Shown in pieces: positions 38,361 through 50,582 of a stretch of 64,000 bases of DNA (positions are counted from its first letter, which is position 1; the number at the start of each line of letters is the position of its first letter). Source of the DNA: Paraphysomonas bandaiensis (taxonomy: Eukaryota; Protista; Chrysophyceae); the NCBI GenBank assembly GCA_965644295.1, contig CBFFRP010000297.1:186001-250000 (forward strand), in the 5' to 3' direction. The position numbers and the translations under genes are program-made. Below the pieces are notes generated by a model. The model had not been told where the DNA came from, ran no database searches, and was given only the letters and a program-made list of their open reading frames with translations.

Positions 38361-39299
38361 ACAACATTCAGCATATCATATACCATCACACAACATAGTG
38401 CATGCATGATATACAGCCTTCTATTCCTTCAAATGTACCACTTCTCATCTCTCTACATACCTGACACTTTAAATAGGATGATGGGAGCATGATGCTCCCA
38501 CCTGGAATTCAATCATTGATATCCATATCAAATCACTTCATACCATAATATACAGCCCTTCACAGTTCCTCTCCATACAGCCTTATAAACCTCGTCCAGT
38601 AACTGCATATCTCATCTCACAGTTTCATGAAATAAGATGGTAGCAACATGTTATCACCTATCATTCAAGCACTCATTAACGTGTATCTGCTGCATATGGC
38701 TGCCTCGTCATATTACTATATACATATACTCGATGCATGTGATATGATGCACTATGCTATGATGCACTCTGCTGATTGGATCACTCGATGGGCGCACTTG
38801 CTGTGCGGCCTTTGTGTAAAAACAAGGGTGCGGGATCCCGCACCTGCGGTGCGGGCTAAATAATTTTTCACATCTATGTACACGCGCCTACAGCTGGAGT
38901 ACCATGGAGTATACATACAGTATATTCGTAGTTCTGTTGGTTCGTGTGGACGACATCTAGGCATCATATGTACTGATGGATTTTGGTGGGATAGGTAGGT
39001 ACGTGGTATAATGTACCACGTTGCTATAAGTATTATTCAGTAAGTAGGTACACAGTAGCATGTGATGAAACACACATTGCAATGTACTTAAGTACTGAAC
39101 AGTTGGTATATAGGTACAGTAGAATGTGGTACGTATCATTTGTACCTATCTAGGTACATATGTACAAAAGTGCATAGTGCATATATACAGTGTACATGTC
39201 TACAGGATATATGTATGATATATCAAACGAGCTGTGGCTGCAGTGGCTACAATAACAGAATCATAAACACCATACATCACACTAGAAGTAAACAACACT

Positions 39300-41040
39300 A
39301 TGTACCGCGTACATCAATACATAAACGGAGAGACATTTACGGGTAACGATAACAGTTACTTCACCACATATAACCCTGCAACCAATGAGCCAATAGCTGA
39401 GGTGCAACACGCCAGTCAGAGAGATGTCGATACAGCTGTCAATAGCTGCAAGAAAGGGTTTGAGATATGGTCTGCAATGACGGCTAAAGAGCGAAGTGTT
39501 ATTCTTCTTAATGCCGCACGCATATTACGGGAACGTAACTCTGAATTAGCCAGTCTAGAGGTATAGTAGTAGCTGCCGTAATCAGTCTATAGTTAGCTTT
39601 GCATGACATAACATGCATACTTGTCAGGTTCAAGACACTGGTAAACCGATATGTGAAGCTATTGCAGTTGATATATTGAGTGGAGCCGATGTGATTGAGT
39701 ATTATGCTGGTTTAGTGGTAGCGCTGCAGGGAGAACAGCAACAGCTATCGAAAGATCAGTTTTTCTACACACGGCGCGAGCCTCTCGGAGTGTGTGCCGG
39801 TTCGTTTTGCTTGTTTGTAGTGTCACACGTTGTAATCTATGAAGCAGGTATTGGGGCATGGAATTACCCCATTCAGATTGCCTGTTGGAAGTCCGCTGTT
39901 GCCCTTGCTGCAGGCAACGCAATGATATTTAAACCGTCAGAGGAAACACCTCTTTCTGCTGTAAAACTTGCTGAGGTGTGTCGTCATTGAGTATTTGTTG
40001 TCCATAATGATATTCGACCACATAGATCTACACGGAGGCGGGGGTTCCTCCTGGTGTCTTCAATGTGGTACAAGGTGACGGTCGTGTGGGGCAAATGCTC
40101 ACAACACATCCGGAAATAGCCAAGGTATATTATCTCCCCTCAGTGCCATTTGGAATTAATGGTGTCATGTGGCAGGTATCTTTCACTGGAGAGGTTGGTA
40201 CGGGTAAGAAGGTTATGTCCGCATCTGCAGGTACTTTGAAAGATATCACAATGGAGTTGGGAGGAAAGAGTCCCATGCTCGTATTCAACGATGCTGATCT
40301 CGATAGTGCCGTTAACGCCGCAATGGTGGCGAATTTCTACACACAGGGAGAGATATGTACCAACGGCACACGTGTGTTCGTGCAGCGCGGTATTTATCCA
40401 GCATTTCTAAGTACCCTGCGAGAGAAAACCCGCCAGTTGATTGTTGGCGACCCAGCTGATCCAGGGACCCACATTGGTACCTTACTGCTCTATATATACA
40501 GTTGTATATGACCTTAGATGCTTTTCCACAGGCGCATTGATTTCTCGGCAGCATATGGAGAAAGTGATGGGGTATATAGAACAAGCTCGAGCAGCTGGTG
40601 CGACTGTAGTGCTTGGTGGTGATCGGCCCATTGGTAATGGGTTGGAGAAAGGAAATTTTGTGAACCCTACCATACTCACGGACTGCACGGATGACATGCC
40701 TAATGTTAAGGAAGAAATATTTGGACCGGTAATGTCAATACTAATTTTTGATAATGAAGACGACGCAGTGCGGCGCGCTAACAACACTCACTTCGGGCTT
40801 GCCGCGGGGGTATTCACTCAGAATATTGGGAGAGCCCACCGTGTGATACATGAACTTCAAGCGGGCATTTGTTGGATAAATTCCTGGGGCGATTCTCCTG
40901 CAGAGATGCCTGTGGGAGGTTATAAGCAGTCCGGCATTGGAAGAGAAAATGGCCCAGAGACCCTACGTCATTACACTCAAACGAAGAGTGTGTTTGTTAA
41001 CCTTGCATCTTATCCAAGTGCTTTCAATGGGGTGGAGTAG
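39300..41040 (+). CDS. betB: NAD-dependent betaine aldehyde dehydrogenase (BetB-type), 6 exons
   Basis: [77 protein letters not shown]; introns 39561-39627, 39800-39847, 39976-40025, 40125-40175, 40477-40531. Confidence 0.92.
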
Positions 41041-41899
41041 TCATGACAGTATGGGTGAAATTTCCTCATTTTATTGCGGAACACTATGCGTAGTAATGGT
41101 CCTATTATGTTGAAGTATTTTGTTTCCGCATTTCTATTAATATCACCGTGGCTAATAATGTGTTTTTTCATATCTATATCGGTGTAGCAGGTATCAGGAA
41201 GTTAACGTTCAAACATTGACAAAGAACCGCCACTTTTTGTATAATCTTCAACTCTACGTATTTCGTATAGTAATATTTTCCACTACTTATAATAATGTAA
41301 CCATATTGTATATATTGTTTGCAAATTGCAAATATATTATTATATATTATATATTACCTTCTGTTGCAGCTTTAAAGGTATATATTTCCGAACAGTACAT
41401 TCAATAACTCAACTTATGACAATTATAACCTCGGGTTTATCGAACCCACCTATTGACTTACCGATCTTCAATAGAAATTTTACCCTTTTCAAGATGATAA
41501 CGTGTTTTAAGGCAATCACAGGCCATTAATTTATAATAAAGGGAAAAGTTATTCAGTTGTTTTATCTGTTATCTGTTGTGATAACGTGATAACAACGAGA
41601 TACTCTATCATCTGTACTTTGTAGCACAGACAATACTTAATACTGTATCACAGGACACGGAACACATATATTCCCGTACACCACGTAAGATATCATATAT
41701 ATTAGACTGTACATGTCACACACTATAACACCATGATACATAGTGTGTGGTGTATGGAAATGTACAATATTTTAGCAGTACATTGTAGCACACATATCAT
41801 CATCTTAAGTAACAAAGATCTAAAGTGACGTCAGTCGATAGGATCAAGAGAATTAGTCAACACATCAGCAACATTTTAATAGCACAGTACACGCTGAAA

Positions 41900-42520
41900 C
41901 TATATCACTCCCTCTCACGTCTGTTCATTTAAAATAGTTTCTCGTCCAATGTAATGTTGGAACCTCTTAAGGATTTCCACTAAATCTTCCGCCAGATATA
42001 TCATAGATGTATTATCCGCAAAAACCAGAGTGGGCTCCAACTCTCACCTCTGCACACATGCTACTCTCATCTACTCAGCAAAATCAGTAACCACAAGTAC
42101 CATCTCATACGAAACCACCAACATTACTAGCCCCACAAATAATTGAGTTTACAAACCCTGTGAACTATATATGACTATGCTTGATGCATTGAAATATTTT
42201 CCTGCTCTTCCCCTATGCTCTATGGGGTGAAATCTTTTTTACATATGCCACTGTATCGTACAACTTCAGAACACCCTTTTGATACAGCTTCTTCATAACT
42301 TTAATAGCAAAGCATGTGCTCATCAGCGCTGCTAAAAGGCTTCCAATGTATTAGCATCCAGTGAGACAATATCTTTCATTACAACCCTCCTGAACCCTTA
42401 ACAGTGCCTCCTCATATATCGTCTTTACACTATTGAGTTCTTTTATATCATTCACAATGATTCGTTCACATCCGATAGCATTAAAATTACCACCATAACA
42501 TTATAGGAGAGCAGTTACTA
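41900..42520 (-). mobile_element. Highly decayed Copia-like remnant
   Basis: Minus-strand PTLVFADNTSMIYLAE...KRFQHY resembles Copia RNase H; many stops. Confidence 0.35.
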
Positions 42521-43011
42521 CACTATGAACTAGAGTTCTCTGTTGCTGTCTAATCCTATATGTTAAATTGAAACATTAGCATTGTCTAGGAATTCCTACA
42601 TATCTAGATATGCATGCTGTTAAGATACAGTCCACTGGCTGCTGATGATATCTAGATAGCAGCTCAACTTTTTACGATTTTTCAATTCAGTTTTTACTCC
42701 AAAATCTACTATATTTCAGTCTAAAAAACTAAATATTTTGTTATTTCAGTTTAAATATCACAAGATCGTCATAAACTCTATACGATCACTCCGTTTACCC
42801 CAATAAATTCATTTTGAATATAAAAATGAAGACGTTATTGTTAAGTGTTTCTTTGTAGTTTTGAAATATCCATAAGAAATATACGCATATAGTCATTAAT
42901 AGTTTTAAATATCAAATCATAGCTTTGGAAGCATATGTATTGTATTATAATCATTGATTTCTATGAATGATACACTGTGATAGTGCCCCGGGGAAATATA
43001 AGACCACAGGA

Positions 43012-45091
43012 ATGCAAGATTTATTGCAGAGTTTAAGTGGAAATGAGATCAGAGGATGTTCAGTAGCAGACTTTTGCGGCATGAGCATTGCAATTGACGC
43101 TAGCAGTACGTACAATCTATCTCCATTAGTATTGTAGTTTGTAATATATTTTTCTATAGAGTGGCTGAGTAAAGCTGTTTATTACAGCACTGAAGAAGTC
43201 GTTGATGCCAATTTTAAAGATTATATGTTTTATGTCGATTTTTTGCTTGCACGAACTCGTAAATTTCGGGTAGCAGGTGTGGAACCTGTGATGGTATTTA
43301 ACGGGAAAAGCAATCCACTCTCGGTAGTTATTGTATCCTTGACTCGTATGTGACTAACATTTTCATTTGTAGCCACAGTCAAAACTCAAGCGAGAGGAGG
43401 TGAGTGAAGCCAGCCTGGAGCGAGGGCAAAGATTGTTGGAATGTATGAGAAGCACGGAGGATTCTGTATGTAAGGCGAAGCTTCGAAATGAGGCAATTTC
43501 GTGCTTTAAGCGGGGTCTAAAAGTGACTCACGAAATAGAGCGAAACGCAATTGCTGCATTACGGCGTGTAGGTGTCACTGTGGTAGTGGCACCGTGCGAG
43601 GCGGGGGCGCAGATGGCTCATCTCTGCCAGGCTGGTATATGCCAGGCTGCTCTTTCGGAAGATCCAGAACTCTTAGTGTATAGTGCCATTTGTGGAACTC
43701 CTTTTCCCATCCTATATCAGTTTGAGAACTCAGGCATGGTCCAGGCTGTTAGTTTGCGGACGCTGAACATTCACAAACAGAACGAAGTGTCTTCTCCGCA
43801 GAATGGTATGAAGGATTTGGTAGCTCATACAGGGTCTGGAACCGAACTGGTGTCTCTCTTTCAGCAGCATTTTTCAGGATCTGCCAACAGACGACTCTTG
43901 GTACAGATGTGTGTGCTGTCAGGATGCGAATACGCTGACGCCATGCCAGGGGTGGGAGTGAGAGAGGCGCTTGACGTATGTGTGAAGTTTAAGGATCTCC
44001 CCGATGATGTTCGATTAGTTCGAATGGTGCGTTATCTAGAAGGATTAAGAAGTGCTGGAGGAAGGATTTGCCGGACAAGGTTTTTAGAGAACGCCCTACG
44101 TGCTGAAGCCTTTTTTTACTACCACCCGATCTATGACCCCAGAACTAGACAGGTCAAAAACTTTTGTGATCCCAGAGTTATTTCCTGTTTCTCTGATGGA
44201 GACACAAACGAAGGAGTTAAAGGGAGCTCCTTACCTCCTCTTATAGATAATGCTGAGCTGGAGCGCATAGCTGATTGCGACGAACTGCTCTCTGGAGCGC
44301 CTGCTGTTGTATGTGTAGCAGATGTGTGTGAAGGTCTGTACTCATTGGTGGAGTTTACTCCAATAACACCCCAACTGCCATGGGAGAACCCCGAGCTTAG
44401 GGCTCCGGCCTATGACAGTGCAGCACTTTGTAAACATCCTCGCAATAATGTGTGGGCGGCACGTAGTAATCTGATACACTCGCTCTCCCCACATATCCCT
44501 CATAAAAATACACACATCACTGAGGAGCGTCGCTCAACCAAAGTGGAACCAGAAAATATGTTGTCGTACTCATACTCGCATTCCACAGCTCGAATGTGTA
44601 CCAGACGAATCAAACGTAGTTCTGATTGTGCAGGGGTGCTGTCACCTATTTGTGATAAGCGTCAATGCACCAGGGTTGTAGACGAAAACGAGGTATCTAC
44701 TCCCTTATCGAGTAGAGATAATAAGTTTAGTGAGAGGGAGAACATATCTCCTAAGTTTTTGGTCGAAGGGAAACCAACTTCAAGCCAAGAAAATGGCGAT
44801 GGTGAAGTCTATTGTACACCTACATTGAGCGCAAATGACTCACACCATCGTGATCAGCATGTTGAGTTCATGACACCAGATTATGCCCGTCTGGTAATGT
44901 CGGGTGCAGATTCATCACCTGTGAAAGATGTTGGATCTGCACCTCGAATATCTGAATCCCCTTCAGGTCGTAATTGTGCGAAGCGTAAGTCAGTGGATGC
45001 GGTCGCTGTGTTAGCCAACCGCGTCGGCAAAGGAAAGAAGCAGAAAACACTTATGGTTGCTTCTATAAAGTCCTACTTCGTAACCTCGTAG
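43012..45091 (+). CDS. EXO1: Exonuclease 1-like (XPG/Rad2 family), 3 or more exons, catalytic acidic residues altered
   Basis: IAIDAS, GVEPVMVFNG, VVVAPCEAGAQMAHL, SEDPELLVY, MCVLSGCEY...GVG (H3TH), C-terminal PIP-like tail (..SIKSYF); introns about 43106-43159 and 43324-43371; start uncertain. Confidence 0.8.
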
Positions 45092-45233
45092 AATGTGGGT
45101 ACTAATTTTAGGAATATGTGAGTAAACTAGCCTTGATAGAAGTGTTGACGATTGAGATTTAAAGTGTCTGTAAGTTGTTTAGTGTATTCCGTAAGACGGT
45201 GCTAGAATATTGATGAATTTGAGTAGTGTACAT

Positions 45234-45412
45234 TTTTGTCGGTGCACTCTTTGTTCATGTAATATGATATAAATACGATTCTGTTTTAAATTTGTCTCTA
45301 CAGCATCTTCTAATATACACTCTTTTGTCGGTGCACTCTTTGTTCATGTAATATGAAATAAATACGATTCTGTTTTAAATTTGTCTCTACAGCATCTTCT
45401 AATATACACTCT
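45234..45412. repeat. Tandem duplication of about 89 bp downstream of the EXO1-like gene
   Basis: TTTTGTCGGTGCACTCTTTGTTCATG...TACACTCT occurs twice in tandem. Confidence 0.9.
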
Positions 45413-46219
45413 TGTCCTTAATGAGTTGTACTTATACTGTAAAAAGTAACATACTGTCGTCTCAGCCACTCTCATCAGTCAATTTTATAAATGTGCTTCA
45501 TATTATTACAATGTAATTCTTCTTGCTATGTTGCATTGCTTCTAGAAGAGAAAGAAAATGCTAAAGTAATATTTATTCGGTTACTTTGGGTCTGATACGC
45601 AGAGGTGCAAGAAAACAAGAAGTTTTATAAGATATATTCCCCATGCTTCAGGGTCTGAGGTGTTTCTAGAATATATAGTGCTACGCAATCGCAATAAGTA
45701 GTAGAAAATCAGAAACTATATTGATGTAGGATAGCATTTTTTTAATCACCTTGAGTTGAACTCGACGTTTAGATCGTGTTTAAAAGCTCTGGTGAATAAT
45801 TATTACTGTGATTTGATATCTAGTTTGGATGAAATGCGTATGAGTTTGAGCTACAGCTCATACTTTCCAATCACCGTCGATAAACGATAAGTCCGGTCAA
45901 TAATTGCCTTTCATGTTATTCAATTGACTTGCTCCGAAGTAGTTACATATTCGGCTTTCACCTCCACACACGATACCTCTTTCACTTTCTACGATCAGAT
46001 ACATCATTGTCATGTAAATTTCATCCAATCAAGAAATAGGAATCTGTCCCAAGCGCGTCATATACAGCGGGCTCTAATGCACACTAGTCGCTTATCATGA
46101 TAATCATTAAGTAAAGGATTTCATTATTCTATAAACGCTCCAGAGCCACAGAAGGGGTAAACGGCTCGCCTGCATGTCATCAATGGCACATATTAAGGTT
46201 AAAGTCCCACATTTTTCAT

Positions 46220-46347
46220 GTATCCTGCATAGTCACTCACTTCTACTTCAGTTTCATACTACACAATATAATGTACTAATTACATATATATCTTTCGATC
46301 CTTGCATCTCACATAATACTACACTCAATTGCAAGTATATAGAATCT
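46220..46347 (+). repeat. About 125-bp direct repeat, second copy at about 48595-48718
   Basis: TCTTTCGATCCTTGCATCTCACATAATACT...CTCAATTGCAAGTATATAGAATCT in both places. Confidence 0.85.
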
Positions 46348-47130
46348 ACCTACATCATTATCATAACAGCTCGTTATCATATTATTATACACTACTATGT
46401 AATGCTCACCTCAAATGGGAAGTACACAACCATTACTTGACTTCACACATAATGACAAACTTCACGGGGACATGACAGTGTGATAACAGCTCGTCTGCGT
46501 ATAAACACAGAGCTTATTATACACTACTATGTACATAGACATGCAATGCTCTCCTCAAATGGGATGTATGCATGTATCAAGTCAAATATGAATACGTCTG
46601 GCTTCATAAGAGCTCCAAGTATCTTCGATATCTGATACAGTATGAGGGGCTGTGAGGAAGGTGTGGTCTACTATACCCTCCACTATATAACCATACAGCA
46701 ACAAACAACCACTCCAGACATTCATCTCAAAGATGAGAACAACCGCTATCTGTTCGAAGCTTGATTCCTCATTTCGATCAATGGATGCTAACCGAAACAA
46801 CGAACCACAATACTATTAATAGTAAGATATGCTCACTACATCACACTGGGCTCTGCTGAGTACTGCTATATTACATGCAACAGTACACACACTCCTATGT
46901 ACAGCAGTACAAGCACACTCATATCATGGAGGCGTTTTTCGACAAAGCGGACCAGTGCGGTCCCACTTCTTTTTTTTGTGTTGATGTTTTCGTATGGAAC
47001 ATGTGTGTAGAGCTTTGAAATTGTTGTCAAAATGACAACAATTTCTATTAAGGAGCCAAGCGCCATACACATATATATAGAGAATAAAAAGTGTGTATTA
47101 TAGTAGCGTAGACCCGTATTGTTGAGCTTG

Positions 47131-47649
47131 ATGGAAGAAACTCCGGCAAGAAGACTCGCCTTGCTGCCGGAGACCATCTCCCAGTCGGAGATGGTGACTG
47201 TATCTTTTAACACCCCACAGTTCGAGCGGCAGTTGCGTTGCTTCGACGTTCAGGACATGCGCGTGGTGCACAGCTCTGACTTTTTTGATTTTCTGTTTGA
47301 GGCGTTCCCATCCAGTAGAAATCTTGTCCATTCACGCAGCAGTGCGCGCAGCAGATTTGCGAGGCTTTTCCCGCAGCGTACTTGTAACTACATCAGAGAT
47401 GTGGACGGAGGGGGCAGCGTATTGAAGGGGGCTTTCTACCCACTAGAATCAGCAGCATATTTCATAAACACATTTAATCTTCCCGGCAATGAGAGACTTG
47501 TGTATCGACAGCTGGTGGCATTGTCTTTTCAGAATTCCCAGTGTCCAGGACTGCTGACCCTGGACACCCCCATGTGGGGCCCAATACTGTTATCGGGGCT
47601 GCATCTAGTACTTCCGATATCCCGGGTGGGCGAAGCAATACATCCATAA
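47131..47649 (+). CDS. Hypothetical single-exon protein (about 172 aa)
   Basis: GC-rich open frame in AT-rich surroundings, preceded by TACAGCAGTA at 46900. Confidence 0.55.
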   Translation: MEETPARRLALLPETISQSEMVTVSFNTPQFERQLRCFDVQDMRVVHSSDFFDFLFEAFPSSRNLVHSRSSARSRFARLFPQRTCNYIRDVDGGGSVLKGAFYPLESAAYFINTFNLPGNERLVYRQLVALSFQNSQCPGLLTLDTPMWGPILLSGLHLVLPISRVGEAIHP

Positions 47650-48884
47650 TAAATACTGGTAACATCATGGCATACATGCATGCTAATATTATGTAGAACG
47701 CATTTATGTTTACACTGTAGGTATGAATTTGTCACTATATATATGCATAGTTGTAGAACTCAACACATACATACTTATAAACAAACTCATTACATCATAT
47801 ACTGTATGCACGCTAATATGTAGTCATTCATGATATCATTGTTGTTACTATTACACTGACCACATATACATCAGATCATATTCCAAATATAAGTGGGGCT
47901 AAGCGAAAGATTGATACGGCATTCACTGCAGGTAAGAAATTATAAACAATTACCAAGTAGATAACTAGAGCTCACAACATAACACCCTACTATTATTATT
48001 AGCTACATAATATATTTTATATATCGCTCATTGCTATATACTATCGATCAACCACCATATATATTTTAATATAATATTGTTTTATGGCAATTTAGAAATT
48101 CCGAGAATTGGAAAAAAGTATGAGGCTGTGTCTGATTTAAAAAAGCAAACAAAGCACAGAATGAAGGTATGCCTTGTAGATATTATATATAGCTACGCAT
48201 GTATAGTAGTATAAATTATTTCTGTTTGAATAGACATGGGTAACGAGGCATTTCATTGACGTTGCAAAGACATTAAAAGCTGGACAGGAGGATATTCCAG
48301 GGGTTATACAATTAGGTGTGCAAGGTGTGGAGGAGAAGCTGCATGAACGTATTGTTTCCCCCCACACTATTGAACCCTCTTCGATAGTAAATGATACTGA
48401 AGATAATTCAATGGTGCTGGCCTACAGAGTAAACACAGAGCTAGCTACTGCCGCATCAAAGAGCGTGGCACAGGCCCTTCTGTCTACAGTGTCAACTACT
48501 GGAGAAATGACACAGGCTACATTGGCCGAAAGATTTAAATGCTCTATGCGTCAGGTTAAAAAAGCAAAACGACAAGCCAAGATTAACCCTAATCGTATCC
48601 TGTATAGTCACCAACTTATATTTCAGTTTCATACTACTCAATATAATGTACTAATTATATATCTTTCGATCCTTGCATCTCACATAATACTGCACTCAAT
48701 TGCAAGTATATAGAATCTTCAGATCTCAACAAGTACAAATCAAAAAAAGGTATCTGGTACAATCAAATCTAAGAAGTAAAAACAATAATATATAAATATA
48801 CGCTTAACAAACATTAAGATAAATATGTTAACATTCAATAAACAGCATCATCCATTGTTTCACCTTATTATTAAGTCCTTGTAG

Positions 48885-49436
48885 CAGGGCTAGGGAACAA
48901 TATATTGCAATACTGTTGTTAAATAGGGTTGTATCGACGGAGTATCCGTACATATGAGTATCACGTAGCACTAATCAGTAAGTAAACACATCCGTAGATT
49001 CCAGTTTTAGTATTAGTCATTAAAATCACATGATATCCAAAACCACTACTGCATTGGCGTTCAAGTGTATTGGAAGTACATACTACAAGACTCGTGCACC
49101 TGTACATAGATATTTCAATCTTTCATTTCTTAATTTTATTAGCTCACTGAAGAAACCACTACTGTCTGAACGGAGATATATTCTAACAGCATCTTTCCCA
49201 GATCTTGTCAACTCAAATTCTTCGCCTGCTTGGATTTTTTTTAATTCCATTCTCAGAATTCGGATCACTAGCAATGGAACTGTTTTCTTTAAAGCAGGTT
49301 TGGGATACCTAGCCCCGAAGTCCATCAATAAGCCGTCAAAAATGTTCCGGTCTTCATAAAGATTCACTTGACTAGAGTCTCCTGTTTGAAGTAGCTTAGA
49401 CACGCTTTCAAACTTTCTCAGGTCGTCTACAAGCAA
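48885..49436 (-). mobile_element. hAT-like transposase C-terminal remnant with terminal CAGGGCTAGGGAACAATATATTGCAATA
   Basis: FESVSKLLQ...NIFDGLL...KIQAGEEFELTRSGKDAV resembles stramenopile hAT-like transposases; related terminus in reverse at 3881-3911 and 31440-31458. Confidence 0.55.
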
Positions 49437-50582
49437 AGCTCTGGGGGCTTGTGGGGTGGTCCATACCGGTGCCTATGGTATTACAGAAAATAAAATAGGG
49501 GTACTTAATATTAAAATGTATTAAATCACATATATATATGGTAATGTAATGTTATAGAAAAAATATATTAGACACATGGTTTATAATGTACCGGAAGTCT
49601 TCTTTGCACTCTGGGGGTGATCTATGGGCGCCTGGGGTGGCACGTGGCGGTGCATGTGATAGCGGTACAATTAGAAGAAAAATATGTTTAATACGTATAT
49701 AAATGCTAAATTACGGCTTCATTAACAATGTATATATAGTCTACAATGTATCTGTCGTGTTGGTCACCCTCTGAGGGTCGTCCAACGGCTCCTGGGGGTT
49801 GCAATCTATAGGAGGCTGATATCTGTATTGTTATGACATATTACAATAATATCTTTCGATAAAATCATCTATTTCTTAGATCATACGCTGCCATAGCAAA
49901 TATACTTATGATGTATGCACTTTAATGTCTCTGTGAAGGTGGTAAATTGCTCTCGAGCTGTAAGTGATGACTGTATCTGATAATTCCATACATATATTCA
50001 GAGTCTCATCTCTTGTTCCACTGTATTGTATACCGGTATACAGCAGTATACTCATACGTGAAAATGGTGGTGATGGTGAGTGTGAGTTTGGGTGTGGTGA
50101 TGATGAGTGCCTGTTTTTTAGGTCGAGTGGGACCATCTACGGTCCTACAAGTGGAAGGCTGGTCCACTTTGTCGAAAAACGTCTCCATGTACACATCATC
50201 TCATATATATGCCCGTCCCTCAGGGACGGGGTGGCAGTACTAATTGAGGGACGGGCCCTCCCCTTCGGGGACGGCCATATCAATTTTTCGAGGATCCAAA
50301 CTCAAACTGAAAAAGCATGTCCCATTCGACAACTCTACTGTATTTTACTCAGATATGCGGTATACCCTGTGTACTACAGTGTATATGTGCTGTACAACTA
50401 CAGGACATGCTGCAGGTGTGGTTGTACTGCTGTATGTATACAGGAATGTATGTATACACAATCATCTTCCATATACAGTACTCTATAGCTACGTTCCCTC
50501 ACAGCACTGTGCCCTTAACCCATCAGTATAAACAATTACAGGCTGATACCCCCCTCATTAATCTTCAAAATCAATTCATAAA

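Larger units (their letters stand above)
35014..38869 (+). mobile_element. Crypton-like tyrosine-recombinase DNA transposon, 3856 bp, bounded by 5-bp direct repeat TTTTC
   Basis: Absent from the paralogous site at 28721-28768; TTTTC at 35009-35013 and 38865-38869; encodes a tyrosine recombinase; no RT and no long TIRs. Confidence 0.9.
46925..50189. mobile_element. Candidate 3.3-kb element bounded by 31-bp inverted repeats
   Basis: CATGGAGGCGTTTTTCGACAAAGCGGACCAG (46925-46955) vs reverse complement of 50159-50189, 2 mismatches; no TSD found. Confidence 0.5.

Noticed and set aside
37974-38407. Two near-identical small Cys-rich, signal-peptide-like ORFs as Crypton cargo peptides
   Set aside because: They arise from the 197-bp tandem repeat on the antisense strand and there is no independent support; transcript data could reopen this
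25188-41040. topA + recombinase + betB as a bacterial contaminant or integrative island
   Set aside because: All three carry host-type spliceosomal introns, and the recombinase element's boundaries exclude both neighbours
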